Positions 1 through 11,429 of a stretch of 63,620 bases of DNA are shown here, one piece after another. Source of the DNA: Octopus bimaculoides (Eukaryota); NCBI RefSeq assembly GCF_001194135.2, contig NC_068985.1, forward strand, positions 97,464,640-97,528,259, written 5' to 3'. Below the pieces are notes generated by a model that saw only the letters and a program-made list of their open reading frames with translations, searched no databases and had not been told where the DNA came from. Made by a program: the position numbers and the translations under genes. The number at the start of each line of letters is the position of its first letter. Positions within the stretch are counted from its first letter, which is position 1.

Positions 1-292
1 CTCTTTTGCCGAACCGCTAAGTTACGGGGACGTAAACACACCAGCATCGGTTGTCAAGCAATGTTGGGGGACAAACACAGACACACAAACACACACACAC
101 ACACATATATATACACATATACATATATACAAGGGGCTTCTTTCAGTTTCTGTCTACCAAATCCACTCACAAGGATTTGGTCGGCCTGAGGCTATAGTAG
201 AAGACACTTGCCCAAGGTGCCACGCAGTGGGACTGAACCCGGAACCATGTGGTTGGTAAGCAAGCTACTTACCACACAGCCACTCCTACGCC
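1..292 (-). mobile_element. SINE family A (tRNA-like head, internal microsatellite), truncated by the window edge
   Basis: Minus strand begins GCGTAGGAGTGGCTGTGTGG...GGTTCAGTCCC (A/B-box-like); many copies in the window. Confidence 0.85.
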
Positions 293-507
293 TGGCCGTG
301 TCTGCTAAATTTGTTTATTAGTTTCGACATGCACTGTGATATGATTGACTGTAGATATGTAAACATTTGAAAATTACATATGCAAACTCACAGGGGCCCC
401 TGAAACCTATTGCTCCTGGAACCTCACTAGGTCTAAATCTGGCCCTGCAGTAACATCAACAAATGTATTTTCTCAACCAATTCAAACCAGTAAGGGTGTA
501 ATATATT

Positions 508-1700
508 ATGTATATGTGCATAGTATATATAATCTTCATGTCAGGTTATGAGGGAGTAAGGTTACCAGGGAATATAGTTTTTGTGTGTGCAAGCTGCACA
601 GGTACAATTAACACTAAAAATGTAGAGAAAATAAATTCCATCACATGCCAGGGAGAAAAACTAGTCGTCGATAGCCTCCGTTACCTAGGTAACCAGGTCA
701 GTAGCAAGGGTGGATGCTCTGAGAGCGTAGCTGCAAGAATATGTATAGGCTGGGCAAAGTTCAGAGAGCTCCTACCTCTGCTGGTAAGAAAGGGCTTCTT
801 GCTCAGATTGAAAGACAGACTGTATGATGCCAGTGTGCGAACAGCCATGCTACACAGCAGTGAAACATGGACTGTGATTGCTGAGGACATGCATAGACGT
901 GTAAGAAATGAAGCTAGTATGCTTCGCTAGATGTGTAATATCAGTGTGCGTGCACGACAGAGTGTAAGCATCTTGAGAGAAAAGTTGGGCATAAGAGGCA
1001 TCAGATGTGGTGTACAAGAGAGATGACTGAGCTGGTATGGTCACGTGATGCGTATCGCTGAGGACAGATGTGTGAAGAAGTGTCACACTCTAATGGTAGA
1101 GAGAACCTGTGGAAGAGGTAGACCCAGGAGGACATGGAACGATGTGGTGAAGCACGGTCTCCAAATGTTAGGCCTCACAGAGGCAATGACAAGTGACCAA
1201 GGCCTTTGGTGGTATGCCGTGCTACAGACGACCCATCAAACGAAGTGAGTGCGTAGTTGTGGCCAATGTCAGTGTTGTGTAACTGGCCTGCTAAAAGAAC
1301 CGGACGAGCTGAGTGAAATAATAGCTGTGGCTGATGCCAGTGTTGTCTGACTGGCACCTGCACAAGTGACATGTAAAAAGCACAGTTTGAGAGTCAGACC
1401 TCATGGAAGCAGTGACAAACGACTGAGACCTTTGGCAATGCACCATGCTGTGTAGACTTGTCAAGCTAAAGGAGATTGTAGTCATGGCTGATGTCGGCGT
1501 CGGGTCAATGGCACCCATGCTAGTGGCACGTAAAAAACACCCACTACATTCTTGGAGTGGTTGGCGTTAGGAAGGGTATCCGGCCGTAGAAACCTTTCAA
1601 AATCAGATCAGAACCTGGTGGAGCTCCCTGGCTTGCCAATTTTCAGTCAAACCGTCCAACGCATGCCAGCATGGAAAACGGAAGTTAAATGATGACGATG
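508..1700 (+). mobile_element. 5'-truncated RTE-clade LINE (RT C-terminus, 3' UTR, GAT-repeat tail)
   Basis: YLG...AARICIGWAKFRELLPLL...LYDASVRTAMLHSSETW, WYGHV, GRGRPRRTW; ends at ...aaatgatgacgatg. Confidence 0.9.
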
Positions 1701-2039
1701 TCTAAAATATAATATCTAAAATATATATTCATGCAAGTTACAGGGTGGCCTCACTATTGCTGGTGCCATGAAAATGCACCCAGTACTTTCTGTAAAGTGG
1801 TTGGCATTAAGAAGGGTATCCACAGCTTTAGAAACCATGACAAAGCAAACATTGAAGCATGACATATTCCTCCGATCCATAGGATCCTGTCAAAACAACC
1901 GGCCCATACAAACAAGGAAGAAAACGCTGATGATGATGATGATGATCTATATAAAATGTGCAGATTAAAGATTCATTAAAATAAGGTACCAAGGAAAATA
2001 CGACAGTTTTTGTTGTTTCAGTTTCGATTTTTTCCTCAC

Positions 2040-2121
2040 CTCCAGTAGGGATTTACCCTGGTGCAAAAAATGCTGATCAAGGGCCTTACAAAATGTGTTC
2101 AAAATAATATTTAAACTTGAC
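2040..2121 (-). CDS. Putative second coding exon of the same gene (82 nt)
   Basis: Acceptor ttgcttgtaaccag|G and donor GAG|GTGAGG. Phase matches the exon 3241-3093 (AG+G = Arg) and reads SSLNIILNTFCKALDQHFLHQGKSLLE without a stop. Confidence 0.55.
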
Positions 2122-2772
2122 CTGGTTACAAGCAAATAATTTGTATACACAGCTTATAGTTAAACTGATAAGAGTAGATATTAGAACTAGTTCTAAATAA
2201 ATAAAATTTTTAAAATAAACGACATATAATTAAATATGGTTGTACGAGCCTGAAAGAAAACTGAATTTTAATTCACTATTTTATATTCAACGCATTTTGT
2301 CTTAATTCATCGTCAGTTTGCTATACAGTGATATAGTAGAGAGGGTCACCATTGTTGGACTGCTCTTGGCGCTAGCAGTTGGCCTTAATTAGATTATTAA
2401 CCCTAGATGGAATCATAGGGTGGAGCCTATCCTTCTCCAGATTTAATCGTACGTAACAGATATCTTACAGAAGACAGAATGACAAACTGACAGAAAGAAA
2501 GAAGTGGAGAAGAGAAGAATCGACCCTTGTATTTATTGACCCCAAAAGGATGAAAGGCAAAGCTGATTTTAGCGTGATTTGAACTCGGAGCGCGAGAGGA
2601 ACGACTACCGCAAAGCAATCCATCCGACACTATTAGTCACCTTAAATATATCATATCATATACATACCCTACCTTACCGTGCAAATATCTCGCATACACG
2701 CATTACAGATAAATTCCTCTATTTACATAATATCGAGGTCTCTTTCATTCTTTTGTTGTCTTACCATTACTA

Positions 2773-2774
<2 letters not shown>

Positions 2775-2813
<39 letters not shown>

Positions 2814-2833
2814 CGTTCAGAGATTTAACATTG

Positions 2834-2905
<72 letters not shown>
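2775..2905. repeat. (TA)n microsatellites
   Basis: Two long TA runs. Confidence 0.95.
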
Positions 2906-2909
<4 letters not shown>

Positions 2910-3092
2910 CATGTGCTTGTGGAAAAAGATCGGTAACTGCTGTAAAACCGTATCTGTAAGAGACATAAACAGTATCAACAGCAAAAATCAAAAGCAATGG
3001 ATCCATTCAGGCATATGTAAATATGCCGAATAATAATAATAATTATCAATGTATATGGTATGGACAATGTAGAAAGAGAGTGATTCACTTAC

Positions 3093-3241
3093 CTGTTATC
3101 AAGTGACTTGAACTTAGAGGCCCAGTACAGGTACAACAAAAATGCAAATCCAAAAATTACAAGACATTGGCCGACACGCGACTCAAGAAAAAAAGACTTC
3201 AACATTCTCAATGAACGAAATCTGCGCAATTGCACTATCAT
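3093..3241 (-). CDS. Putative first coding exon of an unidentified type II membrane protein gene (continues off the left edge)
   Basis: ATG at 3241 with an in-frame TGA just upstream; reads MIVQLRRFRSLRMLKSFFLESRVGQCLVIFGFAFLLYLYWASKFKSLDN plus AG, then a strong donor AG|GTAAGT at 3092. Basic tail followed by a hydrophobic anchor. Confidence 0.6.
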
Positions 3242-4384
3242 TCTAGACGGTCAACTTATATATATGACCTTAGATATTTTTATTGTTGTAACTTGGTGTT
3301 AAATATAAAAAGTGAGCTGCTTTATGTGTTGTTTTGTGAACGATAGGGGTGGTTTTATTTACTAACAATCTCTTTTTCTCATTCGCATTTTCTCTGTATA
3401 TGTGAATGCGTGTGCATGTCNNNNNNNNNNNNNNNNNNNNNNNGTTGCGGATGTCTGTTTTATGTTGAGTTTGGGTTTGCTATTTCATGTAGTAATTTCT
3501 CCGAGTTAATGTACATGCCGGAACGGAGTGTCACTGCTATTAGAAAATGAATAGAGATATAAACAATAGAAGACGGAGACGTCGATGGACACAAAAGGTG
3601 AGAAAGTGGGAAAGAGCGAGAGAGATTAGGAGTAAGAAAGAAATAGTGAGAGAGAGAAAGAGAGACAGGGAGAAAAATAGAGACAGACAGAGAAGGAGAA
3701 AGAGAGATAAATATAGGAACTGAAGGAAAATAACAATCAAATATAGAGGCGAGATAAATGGTCTATAAAGAGAAATAGATAAATGAAAATACAGATAGAA
3801 AGGTACAGAGGTAGATATTAGAAAAATGAGAGTATAGGCCTTGAAAGAGTCAAAGTGATCGTTCGACCTGCTAGAAATAGCAGTTATATCTCTTAAACCA
3901 TACCCTGCCGTGTTGGAAAATCAAAGAGCAGAGGACACATGAGAATGTCACTAAAAAGACGAGATGGCCATGGTTTGAATATCGTTGATTATATATCCTG
4001 CTCAACCAAGGTCGATTTGGAGTTAATAATAATCACGTTGACGAGGACTAAAGCAACAGAACACAGAGCACAATGCTTCAGGTCACAACACACTACACGC
4101 TTGGATTCATCTAACAAAAACAACGCACCCCGCTGCATTCAAAACAGACGAAACGAAAAAGTCACTACATAATTCTCACATCTAGTAGACCGACGAACTA
4201 GTAGGTTACTTGTACTTAGGGTGTATTGCAATGGTAATTTCTGTAGCTATCTCTTTTTTTCAGTAACACAGTTGGAAGAAGAGAGGATCAGGAAGAGTAG
4301 ATTCATTAACAGAAGGTGTTAGAAATTAGCAAAAAAAGATACCATTCTCTTCCTGCATGACGGCACCATTTCGTTATTCAGAGT

Positions 4385-4633
4385 AAACATTTTATTCTAT
4401 TACTTCGAGCCAACAAGAAAACCCTCTTAATAGCCACTCACTCTGCTTAACACAAAAACCAAATCTTCCAAACATTTTATTCTATTACTACAAGCCAACG
4501 AAGAAACCTCTTTAGTAGCCGTTCAGTCTGCTAGAGATAGTAACGAAAACTTCCAAATATTTTAGTCTGTTACTAGGAGCCAAAAGACTATGCGTGGTTG
4601 CTGGGTCTGCTAGACATAGTGACGAAATCTTCC
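4385..4633. repeat. Three degenerate tandem units of about 85 bp
   Basis: Units start at 4385, 4470 and 4555 with AAA(C/T)ATTTTA...TTACT and end in CTTCC. Confidence 0.7.
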
Positions 4634-5385
4634 TAATTCCACCTGAGCTCAAATCTCACTGCGGTCATTTTTGCTTACAGGGGTCAATAAATTAAAGGAC
4701 CAGTACTGGAGTTCGAAGTATTAACGTCCTTATAATGCATTCTGGTCATGTCTTCGATTACGATTGGTCTGATGCGAAACAACAATGACACCATGCTATC
4801 TCTACATAACACCAACAAGAGGGAGACTCCATGTGGTTGTCCGATGTGCTAAAACTAGCAACCAAACCCTCACCAATTACAACCTACCGTCTAACATAAA
4901 ATTTAAAAAAAAACGATATGTTGCATAAATGTTGTCCCTAACACACACACAGAGTCTCGCGCGCGCACATACACGCACAAAATCAAGATGATTGTTGCTG
5001 AAATGCCTCGCATCATAGTTCTGCTTGATAAAGGCTGACCTAGGGTTAAATAACGCATTTTAAAGAACTATCGAATTAGTCTACGTAGCCGTTCAACCTG
5101 CTAGAAATAGCTGCCAAATTACAACCTGTAAAATGTACCCTTAAAATTCGAGGGACACGTTAAATAATGTAGTGCTAGTTATTCTACATTTAAAAATAAA
5201 TGGGATGTTCGTGGATGGAACGTCATTTATCAGTGGTCAGTTCGTTCAGTGGTAACCTGGCGCAAGACAACACTCTTCTCTACATTCTTTGATAGGTTTT
5301 TGAAGAATCTTTCTCACTTCTTCGTCTCTCTCTCTTCTGTCTGGTCTCCCTTTTAGGTGCATGTTTATGAACACACACACACACA

Positions 5386-5760
5386 ATAATGATTTGGGAT
5401 AGAGAAGAGAAACTGTGCACAGTTGTGGAAATTAGCTGCCCAGCAGATGTTAACATAAAGCTGAAGATCAAGGAAAAAGAGAACACCTACGCTGAACTAT
5501 TGAGAAATTTGCAGTTAGTCTATCCAGATTACAAGTTCAGGTTTATACCTGTAATTATTGGGACCCTGGGATATATAACACACTGCCTAAATACCAATTT
5601 TGAGAAATTAGGCTTCTCAAAACCAGAAAGGAGAAAGCTAATTCGAAGACTACAGATCCAGTCCATCACTAGAACTGTAAAAATCTGTAAAACTTTCCAG
5701 AAGTTAATCATTTAAATGTATATGAGCATGTCTAGGTATTTTTTTTCTGTACAGACATAC
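5386..5760 (+). mobile_element. 5'-truncated R4-like RLE retrotransposon, copy 1
   Basis: IWDREEKLCTVVEISCP...EKENTY...IPVIIGTLG; preceded by (CA)n and followed by CATACATAC. Confidence 0.8.
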
Positions 5761-6449
5761 ATACACAGTTTCTCATGTACTTGCAATTCACCCCTGGTAC
5801 TAAAATAAGTTCCCTACTGCTTGTGTAGATAAATATTGTTGGTAATGTCATCAATGTTGTAAAATTTTCATGTTGAAAAAGTTTTTTTTTCTCTATTTTG
5901 CTAAAAACTACTGATAATTAGTGTTTTTTTTTTTTTACCTTATTTCTGTTGAAATATACTGCCTTTGTTTCAACTAATTTTTAAAATAATGAAGAATTTT
6001 GTAAAATAACTTTTCCATTATTAAGCTGATGTTTGAAACTTGAATTAACATGAAATTTTGATGGAAGGTTGTAATTCAAAGAGGTTTGTATCATAGAACC
6101 AAAAGTAGTCTCAGATGGTTTAATATCCAAAAGAATTTAGGAGGTTGAGTAGCATGGTTCTGACCTTGATAGTATTACAATTCTCTGGTTTCAAATGTGT
6201 CGGGTATAACAGCAAAAAGAAATGTGAGGACAAGAATTGCAATTGACTGCCACACTTTATTCCAACACTTAATGGAAGATACAACAAAGGTTGGTACATC
6301 TTGAATGATTCTGTCAGAAAATATACCTATTGGTTTCTCATGCAGTTGAAACTTGGTGATATGTACTTGACAGAACAGGAAAACAAATACATGACTTCTG
6401 CTAGAAAACAGGAACAGACATATGGCATCTTGTTGCCATTTTATTTTTA

Positions 6450-7260
6450 CCAATTAAAAACCCCAACCATGCTCTGAACCTCTTCAGCACTTTACCATTT
6501 TTCCTTGAACCCTCCAAATTTCTCTTCACTGTGGAAGTGAAAACCCTGTATTCAGCCACAATGGTTAATCAGCTTTCATACTTCCTGTCACACTTCATAT
6601 CCCAATCTTGCACTGCTACCCTCTTCTATCCAGCTGAACTTGTGTAGTTATGTTTGCCAGTAGTTTAACAGGTTTGTTATGAGCATTAAAAAGCGCACAA
6701 CTGTGTTAACCTCTTTGTAAGCCATAGATGAACCACACTTTTGTACCAACACTTCCACCCTACATGGGAATCCACCTACTTCTTTGCCAACACTTTAGCC
6801 GACTTTCTAGAAATCTCTGTCATTATAGACAACATCCACCTGTCCATTTCCAAATACTATAAGCCAATCCTTAATCACTCTTATCTCAACTGATCTTCCT
6901 GTCATCCACATAAACAAAATCATCTAACCCCCTCCTCCAAATTCCTCCATCTCTATCAACTACACAGTAAGGACCCCGATTTCCACCAGAAATCCCAAAA
7001 GGTATGACACTTCTTATTTAGATGTAAGTGTTCTCGTTCTATTATGAATACAACACTTCACCAGACCAGAGCTATTGGCCATGCTACTACACTCCCACAG
7101 GGAGCTCAAGCATCTGCCTGCCAACCAAATCTCATTCCCTTCTCTTTTGTGTTCCACTCAATAACCCTTCCGGTAAATTACTCACTCCTCCGTAACTTCT
7201 ACTTTCTACTCTCTGTATCTATAACCTTGCTGTTCTTTTGTACAACATTCTAGAATGGCT
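6450..7260 (+). mobile_element. Degenerate Penelope-like element, RT C-terminal/thumb region
   Basis: LFTVEVKTLY, DFLEISV, YYKPILNHSYLN.SSCHP, IPFSFVFH motifs with many stops. Confidence 0.7.
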
Positions 7261-7297
7261 TGCAAGGGCTTTAGTTACTAACTTGACTCTTTACCCC

Positions 7298-7616
7298 ATA
7301 GGTTCTCAAAGTGGGTTCTCCCCCCCGCCCCTCCAGGTGGGCGCTGGTGCCTAAAGGGGTGGTGAGGGAGGCGATAGAGAAAAAGGAGGCATTAGGAGGA
7401 ACGCAGTGAATCGGGGGACAATATGAATTTATTATAATATTATTACAGTATTGTATACAAATTATGTAATATTATATTATCAAATGATTCATAATATATA
7501 TAAATTAATAAAATATAAAATACTTATTTATACATAAAAATAGGGGTGGAGGCGCTGAGGGTATTATGTGGCAATAGTGGTGGTGGGGGGGGGGGCAAAA
7601 ATTTCAGAACCTCTGC
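7298..7616. mobile_element. Probable hAT (Charlie-like) MITE
   Basis: Ends (c)ATAGGTTCTCAAAGT and TTTCAGAACCTCTG resemble degenerate CAGTGGTTCTCAAA-type TIRs. Confidence 0.45.
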
Positions 7617-8416
7617 TTTACCTGAACTTGAGTAAATAAAAATAAATAAATAAATTAATTAATTAATTAAAAAAACGAAAAAAAGCAACAGGATGTAACA
7701 AAAATAATACAATATCAGAATTAATTTTAATATGATTGTAACAGCCAGGGCGGAAAACTGGCAGAATCGTTACCAAGCAGAACAAAATGCTTGATGACTT
7801 TCTTTTTTTTTACTGATTTTATGTTCATATGTTGCTAGGGTCGACTTTGCTTTTCAGCCTTTTAGGGTCAATAAAATAAGTATCACTTGAGCGCTGGGGT
7901 TGATGTAATTGACTTATCCCCTCCCCCCAAAATTGCTGGCCTTGTGCCAAAATTTGAAAACGGTATCGTTGTATAAATTTCCTTAGTAACAAATTGGTAA
8001 TTACTTTATCAATACGGTATTCAATTAAGCTTGAAAGATGGGAAATATATTTTGATTTTTTTTTTCTTTTATATTCATGTCGTTTCTGTGTTACTGATTA
8101 ACATTTGCTGCATAGGAAATCTATATAACAGTTGTATTAATCTGAAAAGTAATTACATCACAGATTTACTTTATGACTTTTCTTTCAAACAGAATGAACG
8201 AATCGGATTTGTTGGTACCAAACTATTTTAGATGTAGTTAACTATTTTATTTGTGTATAAATATCTGTCTGACTTTCTATCTATCTATTAAATATATTTA
8301 GTAAATCTGCAAATGTATCTGTCAATTCTTTATTTAGGAAAGCTGGCTTTTTTTAGCTTACCTATCTATCAAGTATTTTTATTGAATTTTTCTCCCGTCT
8401 CTCCCTCAGTTATCTA

Positions 8417-9908
8417 CAGGGGTTGGACAAAATAATGGAAACACCTCACATCATAGCATCATAATTTTGAAATATCTATAAAACCGACAAAAGCTTGTTT
8501 ATTTTTATGGTTTTTGATTTATTATTAGTGTTGCTTAATATGTTTTGCTAAAATTGATGTTTCTTTTCAGATATCATCAGAAAAAGGTAATTAAAATGAC
8601 AGATCTATCGGACTTTCAAAAAGGTCAAACTGTTGGTGCTCGTGTGGCAGGTGCTAGCGTAACGAAAACAGCCGAAATGTTTGGTGTAGTACTGTCTCGA
8701 AAGTAATGACAGCCTTTGAGAAAGAGGGAAAAACCACCTCGTTGAAACAAAACTCCAGAAGAAAACCAAAACTTTCAAATAGGGACCATCAGACACTTAT
8801 GCAAATTGTTAGAAAGACCACAAAAGTACAGCTCCCAAAATTACTGCAGAGCTTAATGACCACCTCGAGAACCCAGGAGCTGCACAAAGCTGGATTTCAT
8901 GGGAGGGCTGCAATCAGAAAACCAGTACTTTCAAAGAGAAATGCTGCAAAGCGTTTAGAGTGGAGTAAGAACCTACAGAATTGGTGCTTAGAGCAGTGGA
9001 AGAATGTTATTTTTTCGGATGAGTCATCCTTTACCTTATTTCTGACCACCGGCCGAGTGTATGTGTGGAGACAGCCAAAAGAAGCATTTGACCCAAACTG
9101 CCTTCTTCCAACTGTTAAAGATGGAGGATGATCTGGGAGGGCTATATCTTGGAAATCCGCCAGCCCAATGGTTTCCCTTCATGGCAGAATTAATAGTCAA
9201 GACTATTTAAGCATTCTATCTGATCAAATTCATCCTATGGTTGCGGAACTGTTTCCAGAGGGAAACGCAGTCTTTCAGGATGATAATGCACCAATTCACA
9301 CAGCTAAAGTTGTTACTGAATGGCATGAGGAACATTCTTATTTCTTTATTGCCCACAAGGGGCTAAGAGACAAACAAGGACAGACAATGGGATTAAGTAG
9401 ATTATATCAACCCCAGTGCGTAACTGGTACTTAATTTATCGACCTCGAAAGGATGAAAGGCAAAGTTGACCTTGGTGGAATTTGAACTCAAAACGCAAAG
9501 AGAGACGAAATACTGCTAAGCATTTCACCTGGCGTGCTAACGATTTCGTCAGCTCGCCGCCTTTGGAACATTCTAGTGAAACATCACCAGCTTGCCACTG
9601 AGGAACATTCTAGTAAAGTTGAACATCTTATCTGGCCACCACGGTCCCCAGATCTCAATATTATTGAACATTTATGGTGCATTTTAGCAAAAACAAGTAA
9701 GGAGTCGATATCCTTCACCATCTACAAGAACTGGAGACTGTTTTATCTGAAAAATGGACAAAAATTATTTTGGAAACAATTCAAACTTTGTACGAGTCCA
9801 TACCTCATAGAATTCAAGCTGTAATTACTGCCAAAAGCAGTCCTACCCCATATTAAAATAAATTTGTTTGAAACTTTAAGGTGTTGCCATTATTTTGTCC
9901 AACCCCTT
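8417..9908 (+). mobile_element. Tc1/mariner DNA transposon with pseudogenised transposase (reconstructs as DD36E), interrupted by a SINE
   Basis: 30-bp TIRs CAGGGGTTGGACAAAATAATGGAAACACCT (2 mismatches), TA on both sides; transposase motifs IFSDES, FQDDNAPIH, WPPRSPDLNIIEHLW; frameshifts. Confidence 0.92.
9335..9561 (-). mobile_element. SINE family B inserted into the Tc1 transposase
   Basis: Minus head GGCGGCGAGCTGACGAAATCGTTAGC...GAGTTCAAATTCC; flanked by the GGAACATTCT duplication. Confidence 0.85.
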
Positions 9909-10292
9909 TATTTATCTATATCTATTCTTTTATTCTGTTATTTGTTTCAATCATAGGAAGACAGACGTTAAACGGTGATGATAATGATATAATAATAAAT
10001 ACCATTAGTTTATAATTCATTAAACCCTCCTGTAAACAACATAAAGTCAACAGCTACCTGTTGTGCATATTCCACTGGGTACTTATATTTGCACAACAAT
10101 GGGTGGTGTAATATGTCTCTATAGATCTATATATCATTTAGTAATGACCATTACAGAACAGCTGATGATGTAAATCAACCGTCAGTGAAATTGGCGGCGG
10201 CAGTGGCAGCGTTGTCATCGCCGTCATCATTTAACATCAATCATCATAGTTCGCTTTAATCAAATATAATTAGTGGATAAACGACACCGAAA

Positions 10293-10300
10293 GTAAACAA
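10293..10300 (+). promoter_or_regulatory. Forkhead (FOXJ1-type) motif upstream of RSPH1
   Basis: GTAAACAA about 77 bp 5' of the X-box, in a locally CpG-rich stretch. Short motif, so a chance match is possible. Confidence 0.4.
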
Positions 10301-10376
10301 TAGCTTCTAAGCGGCCTTAATTACCGCGTGGTAGCCGCTCATGTAGTTGAATGCTACACCAAACGTACCGCGTTTT

Positions 10377-10389
10377 GTTGCTAGGTAAC
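10377..10389 (+). promoter_or_regulatory. RFX X-box upstream of RSPH1
   Basis: GTTGCTAGGTAAC fits the X-box consensus (GTTNCY-N0-3-RGNAAC), 78 bp upstream of the ATG of a motile-cilia gene. Confidence 0.7.
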
Positions 10390-10467
10390 GGTAACAACTC
10401 TAGTGCTTGTAATTTCTGTAAACATTCATAATTTTTTGATCGATATTGTATTTATTGTGCAAGAAAA

Positions 10468-10521
10468 ATGTCCCTTCCAGGGTCGGATGAAGGCGAGGAA
10501 GAACAAGGTACCTATCTGGGA
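10468..10521 (+). CDS. RSPH1: Radial spoke head 1 homolog, coding exon 1 of join(10468-10521,14409-14533,15305-15399,16492-16718,18214-18285,19339-19558,20871-20980), 903 nt, 300 aa
   Basis: MSLPGSDEGEEEQGTYLG then GTAGGT donor. Acidic 18-residue N-terminus resembles human RSPH1 MSDLGSEELEEEGENDIG; phase 0 joins the next exon. Confidence 0.85.
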
Positions 10522-10966
10522 GTAGGTAGATTACATATCTTTCGAAGTCATTGTTTATAATAGTGTTTATTGTGAAACTGTCGTGTTTTATGTTCAAATT
10601 CGGCCGGATAGGCTTCGCCATTTCTCCTCACTTGGAATCGATAAATTAATTACTAGTAATAAACTAATATATTCAGTTATATATAATTGAATATACTAGT
10701 GTATTACACACACACACATACACACACACTCACACATACATACATACGTACATATCTATATAATACGGTATTATTTAATCCTTTCATTCGCGCGATTTTC
10801 ACTAAGAAAAAAAAAAAAATCTAGGATTTTTTGCGTGGAATCGAGTACCCTGACCTCCTAATATGCTGCAAACCCCTTATTTTTGTCCGGAAGAACAGGG
10901 GGTGGGTGGGAAACCGGACCCCCCCTCCCGGAATCATTGGAAATTTTTTTTATCTATATTGTTCTA

Positions 10967-11429
10967 GTGTGTGTGTATTTATATGTAGTTAAGTCTATGT
11001 CCAGTCATAAAGTGACCAATGGTTTCTCATCCACAAAGGGCTTAGCTCTCTGCACGTCTTGTTAGATTCTGAAGACGAAGACAAATTGGCACTGCTTAAA
11101 TACAGAGGTCTCGATGCATCTACGTAATGATATGTTTTTACAGTGCACACACGTTAGGGTTAGTTTTAGGGTCAGTTAGGGTTACATAGATGTGTCGGGA
11201 CCTCTGCATTTAAGTGGTACCGACAAATGAAACTCTTTGTCTCCGGGAGGCAGGAATCCGTTATCAAATTACCATGACGGATTCCTGCCTCCCAGAGGTG
11301 AAGAGTTATATTTGTCTTCGGCTTTAGGGTCTGACGACCTGACCGTGGCGGTAACCTCCTTGTGGATGCAAAACTGTTGGTCGCTCTATGACCAGACATA
11401 GACTTAACTACATAAATATACGCACACAC
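10967..11429. mobile_element. Foldback/MITE-like element with nested inverted repeats in RSPH1 intron 1
   Basis: Outer IR 10967-11040 / 11358-11429, inner IR 11088-11122 / 11187-11221 around three TTAGGG, perfect 17-bp stem 11245-11261 / 11277-11293. Confidence 0.75.

Noticed and set aside
6175-6453. 92-aa minus-strand ORF with a hydrophobic end
   Set aside because: No convincing splice sites or homology; lies between repeat fragments.
10400-10621. 73-aa minus-strand ORF MAKPIRPNLN...
   Set aside because: Antisense shadow over RSPH1 exon 1 and its donor; no recognisable motif and no phase-compatible downstream exon found.
11154-11181. Interstitial telomere or chromosome fusion site
   Set aside because: Only three interrupted TTAGGG units, enclosed in a foldback element.
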